A program made the position numbers and the translations under genes. This document shows, piece by piece, positions 16,801 through 25,300 of a DNA stretch of 64,000 nucleotides. The DNA is taken from positions 8,681 to 72,680 of the forward strand of contig CAMTWI010000002.1 in assembly GCA_947085505.1 (NCBI GenBank). The letters run 5' to 3'. Below the pieces are notes generated by a model. That model had not been told where the DNA came from, made no database searches, and saw nothing but the letters and a program-made list of their open reading frames with translations. The DNA comes from an uncultured bacterium (lineage in GTDB: Bacteria > Patescibacteriota > Minisyncoccia > Phycocordibacterales > Phycocordibacteraceae). The stretch's first letter is position 1, and each line of letters begins with the position of its first letter.

Positions 16801-18861
16801 GAACAAGCCTGTCCAGTCTCCGGTTGTGTTGAGTGCAAACTGTCCGCTTGAGTATGTGAGACCAGAACCTGCTGAGAACATGCTGCGGATGGTTGTTGTT
16901 GCTGCAGCAACTCGCGCATCAGCTCGAGCGTTTGTGTAGTAGAGGTTGGTTGTGCCTTCAGCAAGAGCGTCGGTTGAGGTGCCCGCAAGTGCTGAAGCGA
17001 AGCGTGCAAGCGTGTAGTACTGGTTGGTACCTTCTGCAAGATCGGTTGTGCTCTTAGTTCCGAGCCAGCTGTTTGCAGACGTTGTTGAGAATGAGTTGGC
17101 GAGATAGTACGCACCTTCCTGTCCGTCGAACAAGCCTGCCCAATCTCCTGCAGTTGAAAGCGAGAGGACGTTGTTTGTAATAGAGAGAGGAGATGTGGCG
17201 GACGTGATGCGGTTCAAGTACGCCGTGTTCCATTCAGTTGTTGAAGCCGTGAGCGGGATGGTGTATCCGCTCGTGAGGGAGAAGGCGCCGGTTCCGCTTG
17301 TGTACGTAAGGCCGGTTGCTGTGCTTGAGAAGAGGCCGCGAGCTGTTGTGGTGAAGTCTGAAATGGTTGAAGCAAGTTGTGTGCCGGTGTGGTTTGCGCG
17401 GGCGAGGTAGAAACTTCCCTCTTGCCCGTCGAAGGTACCGGTCCAGTCTCCGGTTGTGTTGAGGGTTAAGACACCAGAGAGGTTCTGGAGACCGGCACCG
17501 GTGAGGTCGGTGAAGGTCTCGTTGTTAACGTTGATGCCAGACGTAAAGGTCTGAAGCTGGCTCCAGGTGTTTGCGGTTGTTGTCGATACTCCTCCGCCGC
17601 CGCCACCCGTGACGTTGAGGGTGTTGCCGCTCCAGGAGAGCCCAGTACCTGCCGTTATGCGGGAAGAAGGCGTGTCGTAGAAAGTGTTCCAGGCGGTGGT
17701 TGAAGCCGTTAACGGGATGGTGTATCCAGCAGTAAGGGAGAGAGCGCCGGTTCCGCTTGTGTACGTAAGGCCGGTTGCTGTGCTGGAGAAAGCGCTTCGT
17801 GCTCGCGCATTCGTGAAGTATAGATTCGTTGATCCTTCAGCTAGATCGTCAGTGTCTTTTGAGGTAAACCAGCTGTCTGCAGTACTGGTTGCAAAGGGAC
17901 TTGCCGCAAGTGTAACAACCAGCTGTCCGTTCTGAATATCGAGTCCATATCCCGTTATGTCTGTGAGGTAATCGAGTCCAATGCCGAAACCAGTGGTGTA
18001 GAGGTTGGTGGTGGTTGCGTTTGTCGCCGTAAGTGTGTTGGTGGTAACTGAGGTACCGCTGAAGGTTGCGTTTGTAATAGTGCTTCCATCAAGATTGCCG
18101 CTTGAAGTACTTGAGTCGCCTGCAGTTGAATAGTTCCGATCATTGATCTTTTTGAGAATGTCTTCGGTTGTCTGGTTTCGCGTCGTTAGAAGCCTCTCGT
18201 TGAGAATTGCTTCGGTTATTCCATTGATTGTGACTGATTCTGTAACGTACCTCGTCATGTGTACGGGTGTACGTTCAATAACACGTTCGGTTATTCGCTC
18301 GATGATTGTTTTTGTTTCTAGGGTAGGTGTTGCTATCGCCTCAGCAATTCCTGGTGTGCGCGTAGGGACGACACGTTGCACGAATCGATATACCGGATGC
18401 AGGAACCACTCTTTGAGTGTGTCGTACACACCTAGCACATTGAGCTCGAGTGAAGGAGCGGAAGCGAGTGCGCTTGCTACAGTGGTCTGCTTCTGTACAG
18501 GAGGTGTAACCAGTGTTCCTTCTGCCCATACTGCTCCTGCTACAAGAAAGAGCGTCGCAAACGACACCGCCATCGTTCGAGAAAGTGTTGGAGATCTCCG
18601 AGAACTCTTCTTTGGAACATTTGCGTAGTACTCTGCTGCGCGCTCCTGAGCCAACTTCTCCGCGCGCACTTTTTTCTCTGCAGCAACTTTTACGAGATAT
18701 ATTTCAAGCTCTGCTCTTTCAACAAACCATGATGCGTCTCTACGCACGCCTTTTAGTTTTCCTTCGCGACAAACACGCGTAATGTATCCACTCGTGACGC
18801 CAGCAATCTCTGCTGCCTCAGTAGACGAGAGAAGAATATTTTTATCAGAAGGAGCAGACAT
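7891..18861 (-). CDS. giant membrane-anchored fibre protein (3,656 aa): HTH, TM, repeat modules, CBM-like domain, S74 chaperone domain, Pro-rich tail
   Basis: One uninterrupted ORF of 10,971 nt with an ATG start at 18861. Domain calls are listed as separate features. About 22 GNVGIGTxxP-type modules by hand count. Confidence 0.85.
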   Translation of the reverse strand: MSAPSDKNILLSSTEAAEIAGVTSGYITRVCREGKLKGVRRDASWFVERAELEIYLVKVAAEKKVRAEKLAQERAAEYYANVPKKSSRRSPTLSRTMAVSFATLFLVAGAVWAEGTLVTPPVQKQTTVASALASAPSLELNVLGVYDTLKEWFLHPVYRFVQRVVPTRTPGIAEAIATPTLETKTIIERITERVIERTPVHMTRYVTESVTINGITEAILNERLLTTRNQTTEDILKKINDRNYSTAGDSSTSSGNLDGSTITNATFSGTSVTTNTLTATNATTTNLYTTGFGIGLDYLTDITGYGLDIQNGQLVVTLAASPFATSTADSWFTSKDTDDLAEGSTNLYFTNARARSAFSSTATGLTYTSGTGALSLTAGYTIPLTASTTAWNTFYDTPSSRITAGTGLSWSGNTLNVTGGGGGGVSTTTANTWSQLQTFTSGINVNNETFTDLTGAGLQNLSGVLTLNTTGDWTGTFDGQEGSFYLARANHTGTQLASTISDFTTTARGLFSSTATGLTYTSGTGAFSLTSGYTIPLTASTTEWNTAYLNRITSATSPLSITNNVLSLSTAGDWAGLFDGQEGAYYLANSFSTTSANSWLGTKSTTDLAEGTNQYYTLARFASALAGTSTDALAEGTTNLYYTNARADARVAAATTTIRSMFSAGSGLTYSSGQFALNTTGDWTGLFDGIEGSAYLARANHTGTQLASTISDFTTTARGLFSSSATGLTYTSGTGALSLTAGYTIPLTASTTNWNTAFDWGNHASAGYLTNASIDTSSELAAIVTDETGTGSLVFNASPTFTGTSIFANLTASNATTTNFAISSIASSLLKTNAAGTIVAALAGTDYVQDVTGNWTGLFDGQEGTYYLARANHTGTQLASTISDFAASARGLFSSSATGLTYTSGTGALSLTAGYTIPLTASTTEWNTAYTSRIASVSYPLQFSSNVLSLAFGTTTANTWGPLQTFGDLVATNATTTNLYISGETRVASLTGLLKATAGVVTSAVAGTDYQAAGNYITALTGDITASGPGSASATLATVNANTGSFGSSTAIPTFTVNGKGLVTAAGTVPVIAPAGTLTGVTLASNILASSLTSVGTLSSLTSAGTITFSGLSNGLVKATSGVLSAATAGIDYENPLTFDYPLVRSTNAISLAFGTTTANTWGPLQTFGDLIATNATTTNFGLGSNTFTSLLGSGLLNTAGALTLDRTGAWTGTFDGQEGTWYQSRDNHSGTQLANTISDFATTARGLFSSSATGLTYTSGTGAFSLTAGYTIPLTASTTNWNTFYDTPSTRITAGSGLSWSANTLLADLNTLDDTFFRQGGNSFGATAVLGTNDSNNLAFETGGATRLTIDTSGNVGIGITAPNNKLHVSGGALEVSGAYTSPIGASVVLSQESTFAQLQSFGSRPLALNPLGNNVGIGTSTPQSTLDVAGNVITRGVHAFYGGTSNMLYGLDLRHDALYEGVSNVLRFRQGGSTAGGVAFSLYDSAPHLFLSSNGNVGVGTSTPLGALHIDKNNNGIAQALLTNENTGSGAYAEYSVKTSAGNTWLGATGANYVGSGGADVANRNYVWGSSSGGLDLAAVNAAANLRFFTGGVAAANERMIITSTGNVGIGTTTPAANLVVNGTTGQNLFQIATSTNQRVLLVNTNGQVGIGAVPVAYSGALQVRVNTDQNISLRSDATSGARIEAFNDAVSENIPLEFVSTRFNFLGGNVGIGTTTPTSKLDVMGSIGISPTSLIGSGLGYAGGGTSASFSTLQLYDGSTGFTTLNNEGYGINLQTAGTNRLTITNAGNVGIGTTTPNAKLQVAHNATYSSDVGAGLMVSNATTPTKSLFVGYDSAIDASYLQSSQAGVGVKSLLLNPSGGNVGIGTTTPAERLHVVGGNIRLGDASNNNGAYMDFLGYSGGVNFRIGQSSANLFEITPSTVAGGSIFTNKAFVVDNSGNVGIGNTNPGYKFTVDDGSTQIAGRFNNYRATSSNFGVYATAIGAGDYSVGGYFGGSNATYNMGVQIGMNAASNTWAIYSGGTAQSYFGGNVGIGTITPTARLTVMGGDVHIGDTNFLNNNNLIFYGKDGAAYGETNYIGFVNGYTPSQLAAKIAFKRGASSEDGTLHFSTRAQSGSLLERMSITETGNVGIGTTTPETRLDVNGAARFLNYTIPSSGTGLEVAYDPSGSGAGRIIAINRSASSFTELRLQGAPITLNSGGEGTVGIGTTNPLTTFSIAGNGSVLNGGSFRFYNADNSNFSRIESPASGVLSISTGGVNNALYVANSGNIGIGTTNPSVPLQVTGDVSLGGLNVTTNTYSAGSAGSAIRLRHGATSGDTYGIIENLTVGGTTVGNLALNPNGGNVGIGTASPGEKLEVSGNIKLSTSASYLAFGNPSTPLYLGSGSALLFAPDNNEQYAVLRGHAGAVLAVGGNPGLLLNASGNVGIGTTTPATSLSVVNSGYRQMALQGGATGSQTLNLGSVESSVGSYVYNNAFYATSHYYTPSQASASGIQLKQDGSIELLTDTGLTVGVNYLPTTRLKITNAGNVGIGTADPGSYRLRIESDSTDKLRLYNSVGTTNTIDFVDQGWQSQIVGGNGALTIKVGGTTTSTTFASNGNVSIGTTDTANYNLQVSAPSAGWGGARIGLATLGSSGSGYPLIGDGIRFTSTGDSYLYDRNDTAAAMDFAGGNIKFRTAVAGSAGNTISFSDRMTILNSNGNVGIGTTNPTHKLTIANAAATPTRSLDIGGSTTGFNYASISNTTGSLWWGVEGSSAGQIFAGSLAYSSLLGSSNATALQLASNGTVRMTFDTSGNVGIGTSEPKARLDLGSSGGFMKVRGSGSATALNYTGFLHNDVIEGSYLINSYPHHVVSFGFTGDPGRKYQIGSASDSSLNGSTTFVPHLTVLADGRIGIGTTNPAVFKLQVAGNVGPETNNTYDLGSADNRFRTVYTNTAININGYHDITNDNLLVNGDFETNSTTGWTGLTTVTTGGYSGNYTSQTTGYSQVESADYIPVNPVTDVLQLEGWFKKSVAGASPGIIYFGYIAYDANKVAITSAPCGTYCYFAAAGMTLPADGQWHKYSATTHGEGTSFPNFPVGTKYVRVLVLMNYTASSDAVTQMDHVTLKRVNNGPLFVGNNFDSTNLDNQTQATKLFTTSSNNLIIMPPSSGNVGIGTTNPGSALEVKRTASSAGIYANYNDTNKLRLEASSNGNGYIGITTGSGSLSIGNTSNADAIFLGASGNVGIGTASPAAYSGYTTLAINHATNGGVIDLLTNGTRHLTLYSGGSTSSFGTVSNTNLSVITNNAERMRVAADGNISVANLVSCAGVQTNGSGLMSCTSDENLKNTQGAFTTGLSGLRGINPQTYIWKEGTPYFDGGIQYSGFIAQNVGANIPEAMNEGANGYKQISTTAILAASVNAIKELDTRTLALAPVAENALAYSLKVSSDAAVAGKLTVSGAVTLSDALTAASILSTGSVTAESFLAQTTETLSEEVYTGGKADLYKMASFAIRAGEESLRRTDLIMERLSSIEEQLAILAARPEAQPFPDFAAFTEILNKFSIRNGMLAAVELVVDRLTVGSREKPTGITFYDEVTGEPYCLSIRNGAQIIREGECQVIDRTQPDPVAPAPTLAPEPTPAAEEPTPGETPVEPEPTPEPAPETTPEPEPPAPVPAP
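7894..8055 (-). other. Pro/Glu/Thr/Ala-rich low-complexity C-terminal tail of giant protein 1 (aa 3603-3656)
   Basis: PDPVAPAPTLAPEPTPAAEEPTPGETPVEPEPTPEPAPETTPEPEPPAPVPAP. Confidence 0.8.
8632..8901 (-). other. peptidase S74-like intramolecular chaperone (tail-fibre/endosialidase type) domain of giant protein 1 (aa 3321-3410)
   Basis: C-T-SDENLKNTQG...GLRGINPQTYIWKE...YSGFIAQNV...IPEAM...ISTTAILAASVNAIKELD matches the S-D-x-x-x-K autoproteolysis signature. The Ser3322 codon is at 8896-8898. Confidence 0.75.
9142..14919 (-). repeat. array of about 22 degenerate 60-110-aa modules, each starting with a GNVGIGTTxP..(K)L.V motif (giant protein 1, aa 1315-3240)
   Basis: On the plus strand the motif appears as the recurring string accaataccgacgtt(g/a)cc, for example at 11570-11589, 11810-11829 and 13472-13491. 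Confidence 0.85.
9526..10029 (-). other. CBM4/9-like carbohydrate-binding jelly-roll domain inserted in giant protein 1 (aa 2945-3112)
   Basis: LVNGDFETNSTTGWTG opening motif followed by about 160 aa of non-repeat sequence (…GWFKKS…YFGYIAYD…KYVRVLVLMNY…VTLKRV). No counterpart in giant protein 2. Confidence 0.5.
15007..17844 (-). repeat. five dispersed copies of a roughly 77-aa module (GDWTGxFDGQEGxYYLARANHTGTQLASTISDF..ARGLFSSxATGLTYTSGTGALSLTAGYTIPLTASTTxWNT) in giant protein 1
   Basis: Copies lie at about 17683-17844 (partial), 17221-17451, 16591-16821, 16075-16305 and 15007-15237. Copies are about 90% identical at DNA level by eye. Confidence 0.8.
18523..18576 (-). other. predicted TM anchor of giant protein 1 (aa 96-113)
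   Basis: MAVSFATLFLVAGAVWA is preceded by the basic stretch PKKSSRRSPTLSR, which follows the positive-inside rule. Confidence 0.65.
18676..18861 (-). other. N-terminal excisionase/MerR-type HTH domain of giant protein 1 (aa 1-62)
   Basis: LLSSTEAAEIAGVTSGYITRVCREGKLKGVRRDASWFVERAELEIYL fits the HTH_17/excisionase pattern (..T..EAA...GV......L...G.L.....G..W.....L..). Confidence 0.65.
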
Positions 18862-18997
18862 GAAAGAGCGTGGAATATCTATATATTATCTAGAGATTCC
18901 ATTCACTCCTACACTATGACTGTTGACAAGAAACTCACTCGATAAGCAGTCAAACTTCCGCGAGTTGCTTCACTCACACTCTCTTCTCAAGCAGGTC

Positions 18998-19037
18998 TCT
19001 TGCACAGAATGGTCCCACACAAACAAGTAGTGCAAGA
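18998..19037. promoter_or_regulatory. inverted repeat TCTTGCAC-N24-GTGCAAGA upstream of giant gene 1
   Basis: Perfect 8-bp arms at 18998-19005 and 19030-19037. A related TCTTGC/GCAAGA repeat lies upstream of giant gene 2. Confidence 0.3.
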
Positions 19038-19364
19038 AGCAATCAATCGTGCCGTCACGCCTTAATTATTGGCACCAATGACTCTCTAGTCTGCCGAATT
19101 AGAACAAACACACATAGACACAGGATGTTGGATTTATTAGACATATCGCCTGCTATGTCTCGTATTGTTGAGCTGAAGGCATTAAAAGCTGCTCCTATGT
19201 ACCTAAAATCCCTCTTTGCTGTGGCAATGGTGATCTATTTACCTGTGATATACACTGTTTAACTTTGGAAAGGCCGCATATTAGCCCGGCAACACCTTGT
19301 TTAGAGGACTATTCAGTACACATTTCATGACAAATTAAGCTAAAAACTCGGCTATCCGAGATGG

Positions 19365-19389
19365 AAAAGCTTTTATATAAAAGGCTTTT
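19365..19389 (-). terminator. AT-rich hairpin just downstream of giant gene 2 (possible terminator)
   Basis: aaaagctttta-tat-aaaaggctttt, 5 nt after the stop codon. The stem is AU-rich, so it is weak. Confidence 0.3.
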
Positions 19390-19393
19390 GCGT

Positions 19394-22300
19394 TTATGGG
19401 GCGGGTGCAGGCTCAGGAGTTGATGTTGGCTCTGGTGCAGGTGCAGCTACTGCCTTTACAGACACAATTCTGGATACGTGTGCCTGGTTCCCTGCTGCAT
19501 CTGATACCGAATATGTGACTGTATACGTGCCTGGTGTGCTCGTATCAACTGTCCCTTGCACTTGTATAGAGGCTGTAAGGTCTCCGTCGGTCTCATCTGA
19601 TGCTGTAGCGCCCAGATCGATCCATGTAGCACCCTGGTCAATTTCGCGGGCTGCAGGGCCGTTTAGGGTTATTGAAGGCGGTGTGGTGTCTCCAGAGCTC
19701 ACAACAGGGGTAGTGGTACTCGTTCCCTCGCCCGGGAAGACTGGCGGAAGTGGCTCAGTTGACGGGCTTGGTGTCGGTTCGCTCTGTGTTTGTGTTTTGC
19801 CAGCAGCGCCTGGGGATGCAAGCTGTCCTTCGGTCTGGAGTATGAAGTAGTCGAAGGAGACGTCTGCTGATTGACCTTGCGCAAGCGTTACGCGGAACTT
19901 CCCGGCTTCCTTATTGCTTAGGTACCAGGCGCCCTGTATAGGGCCCGTGAAGGTAACGAAGATCTTTGAGGTTGGGAGCACATATGGGTTTTGAACTTCA
20001 ACAACGGTGTTCCCTGCAAGTATGGTCTGGCTACCTGCAGATGAGTCACCATTGGTGTCTTTAGCAACCGCAAGTTGGCGGAATACCAAGGTCTCAAACT
20101 GCGCGATACCATTCTCAAGATAGATACCGAGAGTTTGAAGCATGCTCTTGAGTGTTGCAAGCGTAAGGCCAACCGCTCCTGAGACTTGTTCAGTAGCTGA
20201 GCTTGCCTCAAGTAGAGCGAGACGAGTCTCAACCTCATCGATACGTACGGCAAGAAGATCTGTTCGCTCGGACAGTGCCTGCATGCTCGTTATGGCGTAA
20301 CTCGCCATCTTAAAGAGGTCTGCACTGCCATTTGTAAGAACCTCACTTGGGAGAGTTACTGCACTGTTAGTGAGGAATGCTACTGCAGTTACAGAGCCTT
20401 GTGTAAAGACACTCGCTGCCGTGAGAGAGTTGCTAAAGGTTCCGATGCCGGTAACCGTGAGTTTTCCGGCAATACTTGCATCAGTTGATACCGCAAGCGA
20501 ATGCGCTGCCTGGTTTTGTGCTGCTGGTGCGAGAGCGAGTGTACGGATGTCGAGCTCCTTGATAGCGTTCACGGACGCAGCGAGAATAGCCGTTGTACTG
20601 ATTTGTTTTATGCCATTTACACCTTCGTTCATTGCCTCTGGAATGTTTGCGCCTACGTTCTGAGCGATGAATCCAGAGTACTGAATGCCGCCATCGAAGT
20701 AGTCGGTGCCCTCCTTCCAGGTGTAGGTCTGAGGATTGATACCGCGAAGTCCACTGAGTCCTGTTGTAAACACACCTTGTATATCCTTGAGGTTCTCGTC
20801 CGACGCACAACTAATGACACCAGAACCATTTGTTTGGAGACCAGTACAGGAAACTGTTCCTGGGAGCGCAACACTTCCGCCATCCGGGTTGAGCAGAAGA
20901 GTTGCTGAGCTCCCGTATGCATTTGTATATGCCTGGATTCTGCCCTGAGTTGCATCTGCTCCGACCGTAGTTATCGCGCCACTTGCACCGAACTGGAAGG
21001 AACTGACGAGGTTGGTTGATCCATCATTAACCACGGTAAGTCTGCGCGATGCGTCTGCGGTTCCGATACCGACGTTGCCACCATTAAGAATCACCATATT
21101 TGCAGTACTGAGAGCCGCATTGAGAAACACTGCTCCAGCTGTGTTGTACCCGAAACCTCCACGACTAACAGTTGAACCCGTGAAGAACCGCACATACGAA
21201 GCATTGGCATCAGAAGTTGCCACATACACAGGAAGAGTGTCGGAGCCTAAGACATGTAATCTTGCACCTGGAGATGCCGTACCAATACCGACGTTGCCAC
21301 TAGCATTACCTCCAGTAATAGTCATCTTTACAGCACCATTAGTAACGAAATTTATGTTTCCATAGGGACCAGATGCATCCGTGAAATTATTGACGATATT
21401 TGTATCGACAAAAGTTCCATAAGTGAACGGGCCCGTGCCGCCGCTGTTCGTTTGGATATCTGTGGAATAACCATCTGAAGTCAGTCTAATTGATGCGCTA
21501 CCTCCCCCATTAGTTGTTGCCTTGGTGAATGAGCCAACAATCGTGTTTGTTCCTACAGCGCCCGTCACGTTTACAACCTCCAACCTATGAGTTGGATTTG
21601 TGGTACCGATACCAACGTTACCATCCCTATCTATGAATATCCTGTCTTGAAGCACGTCGGAACTATCTGCAGTCTGCAACTTCATCCATCCTCCTAAAAA
21701 GTTCCCGGTACGATCTTGCACACTAATGGCGCCCTTTACCACATCACCATAGCCAAGGAAATTAAGTGTTGCCGGCAGAGGAGAGGCATTGGATCCAGCA
21801 TTTCCAGCTGTGGAAATAGCGATAACTCCTCCTGTTGTTTTTCCAACCTCGAGTTGGTATGCAGGATCTGTCATACCAATACCTACGTTGCCAGTGCCAG
21901 CAATAAACATTGCCGTTGAACCACCCGGACGGAAGCCGATAGTGGAACCGTCGAAGTTCAGAGACGCATAAGCACCACCTGTGCGGTTGTATGCTTGAGC
22001 CACAATGCCCGAACCAGGGACAATCTCAAAACCCGCATTACCGGCCTGTGTGCCGCCAACAGCAAGTTGAGCAAGTGGGTTTGTAGTACCGATACCGACG
22101 TTACCGTTCTCAAGTATCGTCATCCGGTTACTCCTATTTGAGGTCTGGAAGGTGATCTTGCCGGTATAACTGCTGAGCACAAGCCCCCCAGTTGAGGCCG
22201 GCACCGCCTCAAGCACTGTGGAATTCGCCCAGTTACTAATACTGTGACCCGTTGAACCCATAACAAAAAGCGAAACGTACGACGAGTTACTTGCGTTAGT

Positions 22301-25300
22301 AACGTTAATACCATCTCCATCCCCTGTATTGACTACTACGGTAAGCTTGCTGCCGGGATTTGTCTCACCGATACCGACCCTACCACCATAAGGCTGCAGA
22401 GTGATGTTGCCGCTATTAGAGGAGCCGGACTCGTGTGTCTGGAGTGTAAATGTTCGATTCGCTTGACTGGCAGCACCTATACCGCGAATCTTGAGACCGA
22501 ACCAACCTGAACCATCATTGGAGCTAATCTCGAGTCCGGCACGCTCTGTCGTGTCTGTTTTTGCAAACGGATAAACAACATGGAGAGGGGCAGTCGGACT
22601 TACCGTTCCAATACCTACATTACTGCTGTTGGTTATAAAGAATGCAGATGAACCTCCACCCGGGTTAAAAGCAAACGTAGATGCTTGTATGGCAAGAGGA
22701 TCCCAGGCAACTCCCGGACGAATAGAACTTATGTATGCACTTCCTGCCGTTCCCTTAGAGAACGCCAGGCCGTCTGAAGTGGTGGGACCAAAGACTGTGT
22801 GTCGTGCATCAAATGCAGATATCGAATTAGGCGCAGTCTCTGCTGTAGTTAATACATGGAGTTTGCCCAGAGGTGCGGTGCTGCCAATACCGACGTTGCC
22901 ATCAACATATAATCTTCCGAAAACTCGAGCATAGCCGTTGGTGAATCCACCAGCTGCTATCTCCATAAGGTCACCAGCTCCCGCAGAGTTGAATATCCAT
23001 TTCTCTATACTTCCCCCTCCAGATGTACGGAAGAAGAATTTAGTTGTGCCTTCGGTATTTGAGTTATATGTACTGTTACCTCCTGCATAGAGATTGAACG
23101 TAGTTGCTGCATTGTCGCTAAAACTAAGACCGCGACGTTTTGTTGCAGACATATCAACAGAATCGATATACGCATCGCCCGTACCACTTAAGCGGATGTT
23201 TCCATTAGCTACTTCGAGCTTAGCGCCTGGATTTACTGTGCCGATACCAACGAAGCCTCCTGTAGTGATACGCATTCTTTCGGTCGGTGTCCCTGATACA
23301 TCAACAATAAAGGCAAGTGCGTTGCTGTTATTTGCAGCTGACCCCATTCCAACCTGCCAACTATTACCAGATGCATTGAAGACGATACCTGCAGTGGCAG
23401 ACGAACCAGCATCTTCATTCCTCATCCATAATCGCAGAGGGCCATTTGTGTTTTGGAGAATGGTAAGTTTTCCAAAACCAGTGTCGCTGGTACCAATACC
23501 GACGTTGCCCGTACTACTAATTGTCAGGTGAGTCGTTCCCCCAGCACCGCCAAGAGCAAGATTTGAACCCTCGATACGCAGTCCTGCGAGAGATCCTGCA
23601 TCATTAAGACCGGCAAGTGTCGTCTGGCCGCCGTTGTTGTACATAGCAACATGCTGATTTGTGGCCAGCTTCACACCAAACTTAATCACAGTACTTATGG
23701 CAGAACCGGCACCGACAGTGACATTGCCGTTGTCTTGGATAGTGAAGAGCGGACTGTTCGAGGAATTAGCTGTCTGAAAATTGATGCCAGTACCTGTTCC
23801 TCCTCCAGTCACGGAGAGCTTACCCACGGGTGTTGTTGTACCAATACCGACGTTCCCTGCAGCGCTGAGCGTAAAACCAACCTGTCCCTGATCGTAAATT
23901 AGCTGCGTAATACCACCAGCGGTATCAGAACCCGCACCAATTCGCATGGTCTTCGTAGACTGTTGATACTGAATTAATCCACCTATGTTATCAGCGGGGC
24001 TCCCAAATTGGATCTTGCTTAGACTTCCGTTAGGAACCAGTATCGATATACCGTTGGAACCATTACCCTCGAATACTCCGAGATTGGCATTACCGTGTGC
24101 CGTAACAGTTCCTGCCGTCCCTCCTAGAACATGGAATTTTCCTTCGGGCTCTGTAGTACCGATACCGACGTTACCATTTGAAAGCAAACTAAGCGGCGTA
24201 CCGAAAGTAGAAGCACCCGTGTCTAACAGACGGAAATCCAGCCGTGTGCTTGCCTGAATGCCAGTTGTTGTCTTTGCAATCCGCAGTTCTGCAACGCTCG
24301 GGTATACGTCCCCGGTTACACCAGGACGGACAAGAGTTAGGACATTTTCTGCGGCATTTGGTGCTGTTCCAGAGTTTGTCGCATTAACGGTTGGCGAAAC
24401 GAACACCGCTGCTCCGGCACGTGTATAGGCGTCGTATGCAGGAACCACACCACTTACCACTTCTAACTTAAGCCCTGGCGAGAGACTGCCAATACCGAGA
24501 TTTCCATTGGTATCCAATGTCATCTTCGGTGTATTGGTAATGGTGCCTTGAATGAACTGTAGGTTTGATCCCCCTGAGTAATCACCAATCATCCATTTTG
24601 GTGTACTTGCTGCACGCAGCTGCAGACCATAAAAACCTGTTGTTGCAGAATCAGCAACAAAGTACGCTCCTGCGACAGATGCACTTACCTTAATCACGGC
24701 GTCACTCCCAGTTTTACCGACATGAAGCAACTCATCGGGTCCTGTTGTACCAATACCGACCCTGCCCGAAGAAGTTAAGAATATTGCATCTGCGTTATTA
24801 GTATTGCCGATACTTAAGCTGCCACTGCCAGTTGTGATACCGAAATAACTGTTACCGTTTGATGCAGCCTCGAAGCGAATTTTATTAGTGTCGTTGTAGT
24901 TAGCATAGATACCTGCATTACTTGCCGTACGCTTCACCTCAAGCGCACTACCTGGGTCTGTTGTACCAATACCAACATTGCCCCCACTAAGAATCGTTAT
25001 CCTCTGATTTGCGTAAGTACCAACATAGTAGCTAGAGAGTGTATTGTTGTCGCCAAATGCCTGGAATCCACCTAATGCCGCTCCTGCATTACCTTCGAAA
25101 TTATAGCCGTACGCCCAGCCTCCCGTATCTCCAGCAAGTGCAACGCCATAAGGAGAATTATTACCGTACACCCTGAAACCTCGAGCGGCAGCACTTCCAA
25201 CCTGCAGAAGAGCGCCCGGGCTTGTGGTGCCAATACCAACATTACCCTCACCCGTAACAGCAACCCGAACTGTGCCTGGACTCGTACCACTTGAGATCAT

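Noticed and set aside
18862-19393. Possible tRNA, small RNA or small protein gene in the spacer between the giant genes. One example is the 44-codon plus-strand ORF at 19125-19259 (MLDLLDISPAMSRIVELKALK...).
   Set aside because: I found no cloverleaf-compatible sequence with a GTTCnAnnC T-arm. The ORF lacks an SD motif or -10-N6 signal and has no recognisable motif. It cannot be supported without conservation data.
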